From: Ruditapes philippinarum
Taxonomy: Eukaryota
Reading direction: 5' to 3'
Length of the DNA stretch: 64,000 bases
Assembly (NCBI RefSeq): GCF_026571515.1
Contig: NW_026857242.1
Span: forward strand, 62,001 to 126,000
Part shown: positions 27,501-41,500 of the stretch, piece after piece
Layout: each line of letters starts with the position of its first letter
Numbering within the stretch: position 1 is the first letter of the stretch
Notes under the pieces: generated by a model
Database searches by the model: none
Told to the model about the DNA's origin: nothing
Seen by the model: the letters and a program-made list of their open reading frames with translations, nothing else
Position numbers and translations under genes: made by a program

Positions 27501-30500
27501 TCTTCTCAGGAAAGCACCACGCGATCTAGAGGCGTTTCCTGTTCTATCGTCTTCTTCGTTGGAATACATGTTTACCCGTCTTAAGTATCTTAATATGGTC
27601 GGGTGTTTTATTTAATACCAAAGCGAGGGCACACACATTCTCCAAAGCTCTCCCGAGGCATTGACAGAACATGAAAAGCATATCCAACCTGGATGAAGTG
27701 GTGAATAACGTGTGGTAACCAACCAGAACGCATCGGACCAGTGTGCCTTGTAGAAACCGCTTCCAATTGCTTGTCACGGGTAAAGTGATAAACTGTGAGA
27801 ACTCAGCACAACCTAACGTAAAAACTTTGGTATAAATACAAAGACATTTGAATTTTACACGGCGCAATACGTTTTAGAAAAAACAATACCGTTGGCTTTC
27901 ATTTATTTCACCATTAAAGCAAGAAAATGACCATAAAGGATAGATAGGTGAACAACCATCTAAGTTCAGTGATAAACAAATTACATGTTGTTTCCCATTT
28001 TTGTAGGAATTCTAGAGAAACTGAAGAATCATATAAAAGGTCAGACGCACTGATTATCTATTATATTTATTTGTTTTACTTCTTGCAGAGATCCGGGATG
28101 CATGTATGAGGCGACATCCGGTTGTGTTAGAGAAAGCAATACAGAGGGTGGAGGCATCTCCATATAAACGGCAACTGAATGCCTACCTTAACAGGGCATA
28201 TTACCTGAAAAAACATCAAAATGAACTTGATACGTATGTCCAACTATACGGTCTTACTTTTACTTTCATGAAAAAAATTAATTCAATTTGTTTACTTATA
28301 TTCAGATTTATTTATCTGGCATACCTATAATAATAACTATTCTTTAAAGATATGAATATACAAATTCTACATGTTGACCTGATTTTGATATTCTAAATAG
28401 ATTTAAAAATGCAATGGTTGTAAAATGATATGTATGTATTGTTAACATATGACAATCTCATGTATGATTTATCTGAAAGATAAAAATATTGTTGAAATAT
28501 GTATGTCTTAAGTTTAAGTAGATATACCGTTTGCCCGACAGCACCATATCTATCCAAAATAGAACAATCTATGTTCTGGGCACACTTTGAATATGATATT
28601 ATGAAGCCGCGTCATGACAAAACTAACATAATGCGTTTGCGACCAGCATGGATCCAGACCAGCCTGCGCATCCGCGCAGTCTGATCAGGATCCATGCTGT
28701 TCGCTCACCAACCCTATTACAAGTAGAGAAACTGATACCGAACAGCATGTATCCTGATCAGACTGCGCGGATGCGTAGGCTGATCTGGATCCATGCTGAT
28801 CGCAAACGCACTATGTTGGTTTTGTCATGACGCGGCTCATATGTAGTATTTGCAACTGATATAATGAAGCCATATTGAATATGACAATGCTTTTAAAATC
28901 ACTAAAGATACTTGTCAAAGCAAATAAATGAAACATGTTTACAGAACGGACGAGCCAAACAGGTAAATAGTAGAGATAGTAGACAGTTTTGTAACACAGT
29001 CAGGTTTCAGATCTTATTTATAGAAAAAAATGCACACATTTAATACATAGAAAAATATTTTTTACATTTGTGAACAAGATTACAAATTATGATACATGAG
29101 TCTATATAAAACGTGTTACCTCTTTAGATCGTACTCCTGCAAAACAAATCATTAACATTTTGCGCGAGGACGTTCTCTGGTGTAATACAAGTATTTGGAC
29201 CTGTTCTTCAGTCTTCAGGGATTTTCTTACTCTAATACTTAACACAGAAACTGTCTAATTAGATACTGGTCAAATTTTAAGACTGTGTAGTTTGGTTTGT
29301 ATCTAAACTGGTGACATAGTACTGTCGTCACCAAGAGATACAACATAAAAGAAAATTTCAAATTTGTCTTAGACATGTAGTATAATGGAATAGAGAAACT
29401 AAGATTCTCCAAAGAACGCCCCAAAACGGCAAAATTGAAAATGTTGCAGGCTTGGTTTGATTAAACCTGTTCCTAGACGGTACTGTCAAGTGCAAACAAC
29501 CGTTCACGTCCCCTAGCACCGGCTTGAGCAGAATTCAATATCTAAACATGAAATGGCAAAATTTTGAATTTAGTAACAGATGTGTTACAACAGCTACCAA
29601 GCTATCAAGCTTCTGTTTAGTGTGTTTACAATTGTCAAATTGCTTTGCAAATTCATGCATGTATGCTTGACATTGAAGTCGTCTGACATTTGAAAATAGT
29701 TATGGGCAACAACAGCGCAAGATTTATCAACAACTATAATGGCTTATAAATCTATGCAGAAATAATGATGCGTATCACTGAACGTATCAAGAGAAATTTG
29801 ATAATGTGCGAAAATGTATGAGTTCAGTTGACGTCATTTCCTATATCTTTGGAACTTTTTATTAGGATTCATCAAACAATAATTTAGTGAATATAATACA
29901 TTATTAGAATAAGATAAAACATCAAGCTTTCATTTATAGCTCAAAGTTCCAATTGAACTTTTCATTTATAGTAATCAATTAGCTTTTGCTAATCATTTGC
30001 TGATATTTTATGTGAATAATTTGCATAATATATAGCTAGATGTGTATATTTTATTTTGATTGTTTTCCTTGTTAGACATTGCTTTACTCTCAAATTGAGA
30101 TTCAATGCGTTAAACTGGCTGTTTTCTTTGAATAAATGACGAACTGATAAGAAAATTATATGAGATCTTTATCATATTTTTACTAATCTTGTTGTAGTAG
30201 ATGGGTATTGACTATTGTTCATCAGATTCCAAAATAGACTGGATGAAATTTCAAACAGTGTTCTACATTAATAATTGATACCCTAAAACATGCAATACTA
30301 TTGATTCTTTTAACGATTTATGATGGTTGAAGTATTCTGTACAAATATTTGGTGGATAACTAACATTTTGTATATTTATAAATTTTACAATAGTCTATTA
30401 TCACGTAAGCCATGTGTGATAAATAGAATATCATATTCGCGTAGGTCAATACTAAATTTATTGAGCTCGTTGGATAAAACAATATTTAAACAATATTATA

Positions 30501-33393
30501 TTCTCCAGAGGCTCGTATAATATGATTGTATTCAACTCGTTCAATAAATTTAGTATTACACCTTCACTCATCCAATATCCTCTATATACTACTAGAAAGA
30601 CATTTAATTTAAACTTCAAATGTGTGTATAATATCTCTTGCATACTCATAACAATCAGAATTTAAAGTTCTGGGTTTAGATACAATTGTTACATACATGT
30701 ATAATATTAGTGTTTTCCCATTTGTATTTTCAGATTTCGGCATGATATAAGTGACCTTGATCAGTCGACTATTTCAGAGATTCGTAGTTACCACCACCCT
30801 CCTAACGGTGTACATGAAACAATGTGTGCTACATATATGATAATTGGATATCCAGAAAAACACCTCCTGGTAAGTTTGTTTTATCCTATTAATGCACTAA
30901 TTGTGAGAGTATATTTACGAAATGTTAAGAAGAACTTCCACGACATTCAAATACCATGAATGAAGGTCTATGCCAAATTGTATTACATGTATGTAAATAA
31001 AGTAGTTTAGATGGCCCGATACTAGAGTTTTTAATCCAGTTACGTTTTTTTTTTAAATTAATAGAAAGCAAGTTGTAAACACTGTATGTATCTTTTATTT
31101 AAAAAATGAAGACGTTTGTGTTATTCAAATGAATCCATTCACATTTTACGTAATGTTTCGAGTATGACACGTTTACTTGTTGATAGATTTTATCATTGTT
31201 ATTATTTTTAATTGTGTCATGCTAATACAGAAGGTATGTTTATGAAATTTATATCATTTTACAATTATACTCCTTTTATCACATATATACACATATATAT
31301 TCAACTTCTATTTTATCTTTGCTATGACAGCAATTTTATAATTTGCTTACGTGAAACATTTGACTCTTGTTCTTGATTATATTCACCTGTTTATTTGTTA
31401 TACTATCACTATCACATTGTACTATATTCTGATCTTCTATGTTTATACTTTACCCAATATCTGTTCCACATATTTTCTTTCTGCTGTGTAAAATCTTGCA
31501 TATGCCTTCTCTCAATATAGTATAATATTCTAGACAAATCTTGAGTGAAGAATTCTGTCTTTGTTTTTTTATGTTATTTTTTTCAAACTAAAATTATTGT
31601 TTATTTGTGTTTGTTTAACAAAAAAAAAATCGCTGTGCCATTTATAAAATAACTATGCTGTATACATAAAGATTCCAGTTCGACAGAACATGTTCAGTTT
31701 CAGTTTCAATGCTATATTGCAAAACAGAATAAATTCTACTTTTTTACAGATTATTTAACAAAATATAAAAGATATATGTGAGTTGTTCAAAATTGAATAA
31801 TACAGAACTATCTATACTATATCATCAACAAAAGTAATATATTTTGTCTTATTAAAACTAATAATGACCAAGTTCTAAAACTGGATTAGAAATAAAGTGT
31901 TTAAATTGGATTAGTCTACAATGGGTACATAAGTATTTCAATTATTGATAAAAAAAAAACCAATATAAATGTATCTTTTGAATATTTACATAAAGTATTT
32001 CTCGAAACAAATGTTGGTAGAGTTTGAACATATTCATATTATAAATAATAATAATTTGTTCTAGAACACTTGCTATCAGATCATACATCTCACACGTGCA
32101 CTTACCAACAACATCTGCATATAATTATTTTATGGTTTGTTGTCATAATACTATAATACTATAAAAATAATTATTTATGGTATAACAGACTGTCAATTAT
32201 GGACCGATTCCCTAAACCATACGGTTCTTTTTTGTTGATAGTCTTATTATTTTTGTCTTCAGGACTGGACTGAAATAACAGCTTTGATGGGTCGCTATGG
32301 TAAAGACAGTTTGATAAGAGAGGTTCAAACAGTAGACCCCAACAAGATAGACAAAACAACAGCTTTAAGGGCGAGGAATTACTTGGGTCAGTACAGCTTG
32401 GAGGAGATCAGAGTAGGCAGTACTGGTGCAGCGGCATTTTATGTATGGGTAAGGAAATCCTTTATTATCAAAACAAGTCTTGCGTGCTGAAGAATGTTTA
32501 ATTTTTATTATAACTTGGCACAAAAAGAATACCTTTCCCAGTTATAACATTTAGATAAAACAATAGAAGAAGATGTATTTTCAATAGACGAAATGAAAAT
32601 GTTAGCAAAGGAAATTAAAGTTTCAGTCTGAAATACTGTGTTAGACTAAAATTAAAGTGTCAATATTAATAGATTCACACTTTAAACAATAAACAAAAGT
32701 ACAAATATTGGATGCTTAAATTGCTGTCTGTGAAATTTTAAACTCTTCTCTTCAAATTGTCCAAACATAAATGCCCTTTGTATCGTTAAAAAGGCTTTTA
32801 TATGTTAAGATTTATACGCATCCATTTTTTGTTGTTTATTTCTTATATATTTTTTTTATTTTTCATTGAATACTACTAGTATAGTGTTTGTATTTATGTA
32901 TAAATATTATACATGTATATACTTTTTATAAGTAAAACATTTATTTAAGTAATGGCTAATGTAATGGCTAAATAAATTGTATATTCAGGCATCAAAAATG
33001 GTCGGCAAGCCAGACGGCAAAGCCACAAAGGGTGAAGATACTTCTCCCAAAAAGTTAACTAACTCCGGCGGAAAAGGACAACAGGCGTCCAACAAAGGGG
33101 ACAATCAGCCGAAAACACCAACCGCATCAATGCGAGATGAAAATACTAAGCAAGCCAAGCAGCAATCGAATATGAAACAAAAGAATAACGCGCAAAATAA
33201 CGCCAAAAATAACACAAAGCAGACACAAAATACAGCAAAGCAGACACAAAATACCGCAAAGCAGACACAAAATACCGCAAAGCAGACACAAAACACCGCA
33301 AAGCAGACACAAAACACCGCAAAGCAAGGAAAAGACAATAAAACCAAACAAGCAAACGGCAGTGTCAAAGCAGGGTCTACAAAGAAGGGGTAG
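24594..33393 (+). CDS. Gene B: N-myristoylation/palmitoylation-motif protein with helical repeats, a dynein MTBD-like domain and a basic Q/N/K repeat tail (395 aa)
   Basis: Exons 24594-24653, 24941-24967, 26319-26393, 26862-27015, 28089-28233, 30734-30869, 32263-32448 and 32989-33393 all have GT-AG boundaries and join in frame (1188 nt). The protein starts MGCGGSK and is colinear with the C-terminal third of gene C. Confidence 0.85.
26560..26813 (-). mobile_element. tRNA-derived SINE (Meta/Deu-domain-like body) in a gene B intron
   Basis: The minus strand begins gtccggttagttcgataggtagagcg (box A-like), then gtttgattccc (box B-like), then gattgataatgaaatcatttctacgg. Confidence 0.7.
28602..28839. 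mobile_element. Full-length palindromic MITE (family M1)
   Basis: Near-identical arms to 5636-5876, ending tgacgcggctca. Confidence 0.9.
29400..29580. repeat. Dispersed repeat family R2, partial copy
   Basis: gacggtactgtcaagtgcaa..ccctagcaccggcttgagcagaattcaa matches 16890-16960. aaaatgttgcaggcttggtttgatt matches the reverse complement of ~56300-56330. Confidence 0.75.
30423..30584. mobile_element. Degenerate palindromic MITE
   Basis: aatactaaatttattgagctcgttggata and tattcaactcgttcaataaatttagtatt are inverted repeats around a gaggctcg core. Confidence 0.65.
33205..33326 (+). repeat. Coding 21-bp minisatellite (KQTQNTA x~5) in the gene B last exon
   Basis: aagcagacacaaaa(t/c)ac(a/c)gca repeated in frame within ORF 32977-33393. 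Confidence 0.95.
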
Positions 33394-36300
33394 AACATTG
33401 CATTCTAAATGAGTCATTTGACAATGATTGAATCATGAGATTACAGGCTACTATTTCTTTGTGATAAGTGTAGGGACAATAAATTCGTATCTTCGTATCA
33501 CATTGATCAGTTGTAATACTAATATGTGAGTTTATGCAAAGGAAAACACAAAACAAATATATACAAATGTTAGTTAAAAATTGTTAATGTATAATGGACT
33601 CAATAATTTGAGTTTTAAAATATCTTTCATTAAATCTAACTCAAAACATCTTAATATTTGTAAATTTATCTATGATTTAGTTCTGTTTGGTGGAACTTTA
33701 TTACCTTCTGTCATTGGTGAGGATATTTTGATTAAAATATGTTAACTGTCATAAAAGTAGTAACAGAAAATGGTCTTCTTGCACTAATTTATATATTTGA
33801 CGCGGACAATTACATTTTGTAAAATATGTATATTTTGAATAAGAAATCAGCTAAAGAGTTGATTTTAAATTGTTTATACATTTCTACAAGCGATTTTCAA
33901 CTCTTGAACTATTCCTGACTGTGTCACATAGAATTTACGAATTTCCGCTAACAATTCATGTTTTGTTAGTCATTCATTCACTCACATTTTGTTTTAGATT
34001 TAAATTGAATGTATTTATTTAATTGACTTAAGACAAATATATAACATGAAAGCATGACAATTAAGCAATTTGTGATATTTTTCCATGTCTGTGATATTTT
34101 ATTTGGGTTAGAGTAGGAATGATAACTCTAAATGTATTTCATATCATTGCACACTTAATTACCTCTCTTCTTATTTTAAGAAATATCAATTCGGATTTAA
34201 AATATATTTTTAGTGTTATGTTGTTACGTAGTTTTTTATTTTTATTAATTTTATGAAATGATAAAGTATTTCATATTTATGCACATATTTATTTATAAAT
34301 GTCATATCTTAGCCATAAGCTTATGCTTAGTTCTTTGAGCAATGTCCGTTAATTAAACCCAACGAGTAACATGTGCAAGCATCGATTGCCTTGTTCAAAG
34401 TACTGATACAAATATAGAGGTGTAGAAGATGGTTTAGTGATGACATTGAAACAATGTTTGTTTAGAGCTAGGATCGATAGATATAAGTAAACGATACGAT
34501 CATACCTTTTAAATCGGTATATACTCGGTACATACCTGAACCAACCCTTGTCATTCTAGTAGTGAAAGCTATACATTGTGCTTGAAGGTGCAAAAATAAC
34601 AACAAAATATATCAACGATGAATGTTTCATATTATATTCTAATTTGTGTTTTAAATTTTATTAAATTTCTCGTGTAGTTATTTTGTTCATTGTTGCCGTT
34701 ACCCATACTTTCTATTTCAAAACGATAACATGTTTCTTAGTGTATTTTATGTACAACAAACTGTATATTAATTTGATCATATTTAGAAAGAATATTTTAA
34801 TTCGCTCAGTTTTTGTTTGTTTTACATTTTACTTAATGCACATTTAGCACTTACAGAAATATTATTGATAAATACTTTTTGAGCAGAATCGGAAAATGAA
34901 AATGTGGATTGATTTTTATGGTATAATACATTTTGTTGTTGCATATAATTTCTCGTTATTTCTTCATATATTTAATGTTTTTCTCTTATACAACATTTTT
35001 AACATTTTGAGAGATGTAACTTGTGATCAAACAACAATAAATGAGAAATAAACTTGTTCATGAACCAATTACGATGCTCTGTTATTAATGTAGTTAGATT
35101 TAAAGCACAAACGGACGCCTGGATAAAATCGTTGACCTTCCGAGAGCTTTCTGACTATCTACTGTTGCTTAGTCTATGCTTAATGAGGGTCCATCCGCCC
35201 GATAAGGCACTAGATTAAGCTTTCGCTGTCGAGTACGGACACCGGATATGCCAATAGTCATGCGCTTAAAAGGTTATTTTGAAGTCCAAAGTGGCGATGA
35301 TTTAATTCTTTGCAACAATTTAATTCCTTGCAATTTTCACGGAGTATTAGCCAAAGATATGAATTTTGAGCCAAAAGAAGGTCACTGTACGACGGCCAAT
35401 GAGAACCTTAATGTACAGTAACCTCTGACAATATGAAAAGGAGGTAGCCCTGAAAAAAGCTGTTATGCCAACTAAGGACCTACCTTTCAAGCTGTCACAA
35501 TCACACTTTCTTCGTCGTCCATGCCTGTTTTGTAAGGCCAATCCCTCTAGTCAGGACATCGGCAGCTTTGTCGATGATGTCGATAGTAATTTAACTCCCC
35601 ATCGGAACAGTGGTATTTTGGTCACATGGACATACCATATATGTAATACAACAGCGCTGGACTCTTAACCTTAACGCGTCCTCGGTGATAAATCAGCTAA
35701 GCTGTCAAATCTTCTGTCTAAGCCCTGAGCCTTATGCACCGACGGGAAGAGAGAACTCAGAGAAGTTCTGAATATCTTCATTATCTGCAAGAACTATGTA
35801 CTAGCTAGAGCGAGTTCACAGAGTTTTGATATCAGCAGTCATGGTGTCCAATTAACAAAGTCGAATATTTGTCACTTATTCTTTTACATTCGCGGACGTT
35901 TGTTTAAACTTGGCTAACAATGCCTAATTTTAGTTGATTGGATGCTCAAAGTAATTTAAATCATAGAATATGGTCTGTAACCTGATACACCCTGTATGAC
36001 GTAAACTTTAGTCACGACTTGTGCAATAAATTAATTAGCACATATACATATGTAGAAAACTTATACATGTAATATCAAATATATATACATGTATATATAC
36101 ATATATATAGATGACATTCAACAGTGAGCTAATATGTATTTTAACTAGCACTATCATTTTTCTGAACTGATAAACTATCATGAGTTATATCGTGAAGTAG
36201 TTCGTAATCAGTATATCGTATTCAGCGCTTCTTGACCATCTCCTTTGTGGAAAAAAATCTCAAAAACAATCGGGTTCTCTTAGCTTCTTTTTGACACCCT

Positions 36301-38538
36301 AACACCAAATCAGACTGTTTGGAAGGTCACTGTGTTAACTAAAAAAGGTTTCAACAATATAGTGAGAACATACATGTGTTAAAACATATCTGTATCTATA
36401 TAAATACAATTTATTTGTGTCAATAAAAGTTGATAATAATGCTTCGCTCAGCTCATACTTTTCTGTGTTACCAAGTCCTTATGTACTTAATTTCCACTAT
36501 CTTTACTTTAATTGGCCGACATTGACAGTGTGTTTGAAATTTCTTCATTAGTATTGAGACTACTTCATTAGGTGCTTGGTTTTCTAAAGACTATACTCCT
36601 TGTAAACGTTCTAATAAAATTTCGCAATATTTTCATAGATAATATATATTCTTAACTAATACTATCATTTGTATTCAGAGGATACACTATTACAACTTGG
36701 CTAATCATATGATCTTTACCTATATAGCAAACATTTTTGAGACTTAAGTCGGTCTAAATATAATCTACAATATAAATTTAGATATGTTTTTAAAAATTGA
36801 ACTATTGGAAAGTATTCAAGTTCAAAAACAAAAACAATTACCTAATTGATAATCTAAAAAGCATGACCATTATAGCTGTAACTAATACATGTAGAACAAT
36901 CCTAGGTTTAATTGTTGACAACGCTGTTATAGTTTCTTTTGTTTTCTAGCTCGTCCAACAAAAGATAAAACACCTTTGAAGTGCGTCTTAATGTGCTAAA
37001 AAGAGAAAAGGTGAACTTGTCCTGACATTGACACATTTGTTTTAATCATTGCACCAGTATTATATTTCATATCTGTGAAAAGAAAAAATATGAATGCATA
37101 TATTTAACTTAATTTACCCTCCACGCATTAGTTCGATATTTGGATAAGACAACATCACTGCCTGTAAGTAAATTTGACTTGTTCTGTATATCTTTAAGGC
37201 CAAATATGCCTCAGAAATATTTTATTTTTATTTCTCAAAAGCTTTTTATTTTTGGTGTACTCCAATAGTTTCAATAAGTTACTCATTGACCAGAATTACC
37301 TGGACCATCTTTTGCTCCTGTTGCCTTTTGGATTTTTGTATTGTTAGAATGATTTCGTATTTTATATGAAAGTCAAAATACTGCATGTACCTTTTTATAT
37401 TTTATATATTTTTATGACTTATTATTTCACATTTATCGCTATTTCTTCAGGTTACAATCATCTAACATACTCTAGAACCATTATTCACATGTTATCAAAT
37501 TCATGTTTGCACTTTCTAAAGAAGTAAAACGCCATTTTAACAAAGAGACAATAAAACGGAAGAGTATACTGACCCCACCCCCACCCCTATATAATTTGTA
37601 TGTCTGATACATGATTACAGAATTGTTCGTAATGGTTTTTTTAAGTTATTAATAAAGTTCATATTGACTTTTTCCATCTTCTTTGGCTACTATACTATTA
37701 AAGATACGTATTTTAAACTTAAGACTTTCTTAAGAACTTACGTTTTAATAAGAATTATGTTGTTTTCTTCTTATCATTGAAATTCTTGCTTTTATTTAGT
37801 TTTCGGGGCATTATTTGTTCGATTATAATGACAGTTATAGAGATAAAGATATAATCACATTTATAATTATGATATACATTGTACCTGAGTTTTTAGCTTA
37901 GATGTATGTTTAATGTGTTTCACAAGATAGTTTGAGAATAAGCATCGAAGTCGGTGTAAGTGAACGCAAGATAAAATCTACATAACTAATAACATAAATA
38001 ATAACAAAAGGTGGATTTAGCATATCGGTCATTTTTATTTACATGGTTTTTAGTTAAGATCAAAACGAGAAAAGAACCATTTAATATTATTATAATAGAA
38101 GCGACTTATTATACCAAGTGAATCTAATTCAATTTATAATTTCATACATCTTTTTTCATGAGGTTCATATGATAAAGGCTAAAGTGCACATCTACTGTAT
38201 GTTAAGAAAAACATTCGGTTCTCTTAAATTTCCAACGATCATCGAAGAAACTATGCATGTTTGTGATTTAAGGTGTATAATAATAGATAAAACTTTTTAA
38301 GATCTTTTATATATATCATATAACCAATTTAGTCAATTTTGTCTCCATCACATTTGATATTTATATTCTTTTCGCATAATTATCAAAATTCACTAACATA
38401 GTTAATATTTTAAGTCACAAATATGACATATATATATACGCTCATGTTTTGTTCAAATGAACAACTTTAATAAACATTTTTGTTTATACATTCAACTTTA
38501 AAAAAACGTTTCATTTTTCAGTGACTAAAGCAGACACA

Positions 38539-41500
38539 ATGGGGAACGGTAATTATAAGTATAAACGACCTCGTTCACATATTCGGCTTCTTCCCAGAGA
38601 GCCATTACAAGAAAAGGTATACCGACAGTCTGTTTTATCAAACAACCAGATGAGTAACTATAAAACTTTAACAATTAACATTGTAGTACTTTTTGGTGGA
38701 CATCTGTTTCTGGTATTGACAAAGTCATACATGTATTTGTGACAATTGTTGAGCCATCCAAGTTCAGAATACTGACAAACATTCAGTTCAGATGAATTCT
38801 TCTTCTCTGTGTTACGTTAAGAGGAAAACTTTTTAAGATTATTTCGGAGTTTATTTCCAAAATTGATAAGAGTATTAATATAAAAGTACTGCTGCGGCGG
38901 GATAGCAGTGCTGAAATATTTCTATTTAGATGAAATTAATTGTATGTAACTTTAGCATTTTTTGTCTCTTTTTTCACAGTTTAATATTCCAGAAGTTGAA
39001 AATGGTTATCCGGTGCCAAAGAACGCATCTACACCAAAGAAAGATATTTACAACCCTAAAGACAATAGGGATATCTACTTTCATGCTTTAAATGTAAGTT
39101 TACTACAAGTAATGTGAGGTAATACAGACCAATTATACAACAAATAAATTTATTTATAAGTTGTTTCCCTTGTTCAATCATTATTATATAGAGACATACG
39201 TTAAAACTACCTTTGATTCACCATTCAGTTCTAGCAATTTTGCCAGATTAAAAGATTAAAATTGATTGTTGTATAATATAGAAACGGAAAGAGGACAATA
39301 AAAGTTTTGTGCTGACAGAGTTTCTACGGTTGCTGTATATTCGGATGTGTACGTGTTTGACTGTTTTTAATTAATTCCAGGCGCCTAAAGATATAGAGAA
39401 CTCCTGGGATGACCTCGTGCATTATTTAACCTCTATATATCGTACTGACATGATGAAAGTCCGATCCATCTTTTCCTGGCTAGGCGTGCAGGAAATAGAA
39501 AGCGAGAACTACTTTTTTGTGCCAACACCAAACAACATTGATGAAATAACTCCGCGGGGTTACAAAAAGATCATTCAGGACAGAGAAGGGTCATATGCAA
39601 CCTTGTTTGCCCTCTTATGCAGGTTTGCAAATTCGCATTATCTTTGAAAACTATTCCGTGGAAAAGTATGCTTTGGACAACTTAAAGTTTACAAATTGAA
39701 TAGTGTTTTTGTACCCAATTAAGCACAACGTTATTGTGACAGCAAACAGACCAAGTCAAACATTAATCTCTTGTTTATGAAAAATAAGGCAATTTTTTTT
39801 TAGTTTAGAAACACCAGATATATCAATTTTTCAAGGCAGTACTGTTTTACGTAACTGGTTTCATATTTTATACCAGGATGATTCATTGTTACAGCTATGA
39901 AGTAATTTGAAATGACAACTATCAAATCTCATAAATTGGGCTTTTATGGAAAGTAAAGAAATTTGGTATTTTCATACGAAACATTTTCTAGTTGATTGTG
40001 TTTCTTCATATTAGTTATCAACATAAAATGTGCTCTATTAACTTTCAATGGCTTAAATAGTTTCATTTTACGACTGACAGCAGGATGCTTTTAATGTGGG
40101 TGTATATTTTTACATATCTGTTTGTGCTTACAGTTTGATTTTGTTGAATGCACGGATGGTATAATAGTTCTTATGATTTATAATTGGAATCAAATAATAA
40201 AGAATTGAAATATGACTTCAGATTCTAATTTTGAATTATATTCTATACAGATTAAAATAAGCCAAGTCTATCTAATGTGATAGAATGCTTTCGTTGCATG
40301 CACATTTTGCAAAAAGGGGGAAGTATATGAAACTGGCAAGTTAAAAAAAAACCTCCCAACTGTTATAATTTTCCATCATTTCATGTTCTAGCATGCAAAG
40401 CTTTCCTTCTCAGAAAAAGTTGCTTTTGCGACATGTTTTCTTCATCAACCATGCATGTTAATTCTTTGGTAAAACACTTGTTTCCCACGTAACCAAAGAA
40501 TGTTCGTCAATATATCTTTAAACAGTTCATGAATAATTATTTTCATTATTTTTTTAGGAAAGCCGGTATAAGGTGTGCAATCATCAACGGTTTATCTAAG
40601 GGTTTTGGATATGATGTTGGTGAAACGGACGTATCTCACTTGAGGGATAGGTGGAATGCTGTGTACATTGACGGCTGGCGTTTGATACACCCGTTATGGG
40701 CTTTCAAAAATATCATTAGCTTTAAACGAGGGAAATGGGGACCTGAGAATGAACTTGATAAGGTCAAAGTTGAGGATATTGATGACGAGCAAGAAAAAGT
40801 CGTTCAGCACGATTTTAACGAGTATTATTTTATGGTTGATCCACTGGAACTGATAAATGTATGTTTGCCTGATGATGAAAGATGGCAGATGATCACACCA
40901 AAGATTTCGAAAGATAAATGGATAAACATTCCTTTTCTGATGAAGAGGTACCACATGGAAAAATTTAAAATCACAAGTGAGTTTAAGTCGACAATTAAGT
41001 CAAAACATGGCGTATGTGGGCTCGTAATTCACGCGCCATCAAACAAAGATAGGGACTACCAATTAGCATATGATCTTTTCTTTAATTATGCTGAACAAAA
41101 GGTTGAGCTGGATGATCCCATTCATTTGAACAGGTACGTGATGTTGGCGAGAGATAGTTCCAAAAATAACTGGTCATTGGAGGCAAGAATGCCTGTTGCC
41201 GGAGTTTACAGAATCACTGTCTATGGTGGACCAAGTATGAACTCAAAGCTGCCATGGATCTGCGATGTTGCAGTTAAATGTAACAAAACATACAAGAAAA
41301 TAAAGCCGTATCCAGACTGTCCTAAACTTGGTTTTGGTCCAGTGTATATGACAGAAAGAGCGGGACTCACTCAACCATCTCACCCGAACGGAATGCTTTT
41401 TGTAAAGCCAAGGTCGACCTACCATATCACCTTCAAACTTAAACAATCAATTAAAGAGAAAGCCAGAATAATCGGAGAAGGCGTAAAGGACAGTGAAATG

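Noticed and set aside
27040-27870. ORF 27544-27867 (-) and surrounding tract, possibly a decayed DNA transposase (LGVALY, CDNF hints)
   Set aside because: Too degenerate to assign by eye, lies in a gene B intron, and has no coherent frame.
28648-28830. ORFs MDPDQ..RMRRL (also at 5493-5732)
   Set aside because: These are spurious translations of MITE M1.
33105-33417. Minus-strand Cys/Phe-rich ORFs (FAVFCVC repeats)
   Set aside because: These are antisense shadows of the coding 21-bp repeat of gene B.
35100-35900. GC-richer tract with short ORFs, possibly a decayed LINE endonuclease on the minus strand
   Set aside because: Only faint motif hints and no splice-consistent ORF; this cannot be supported without a translated search.
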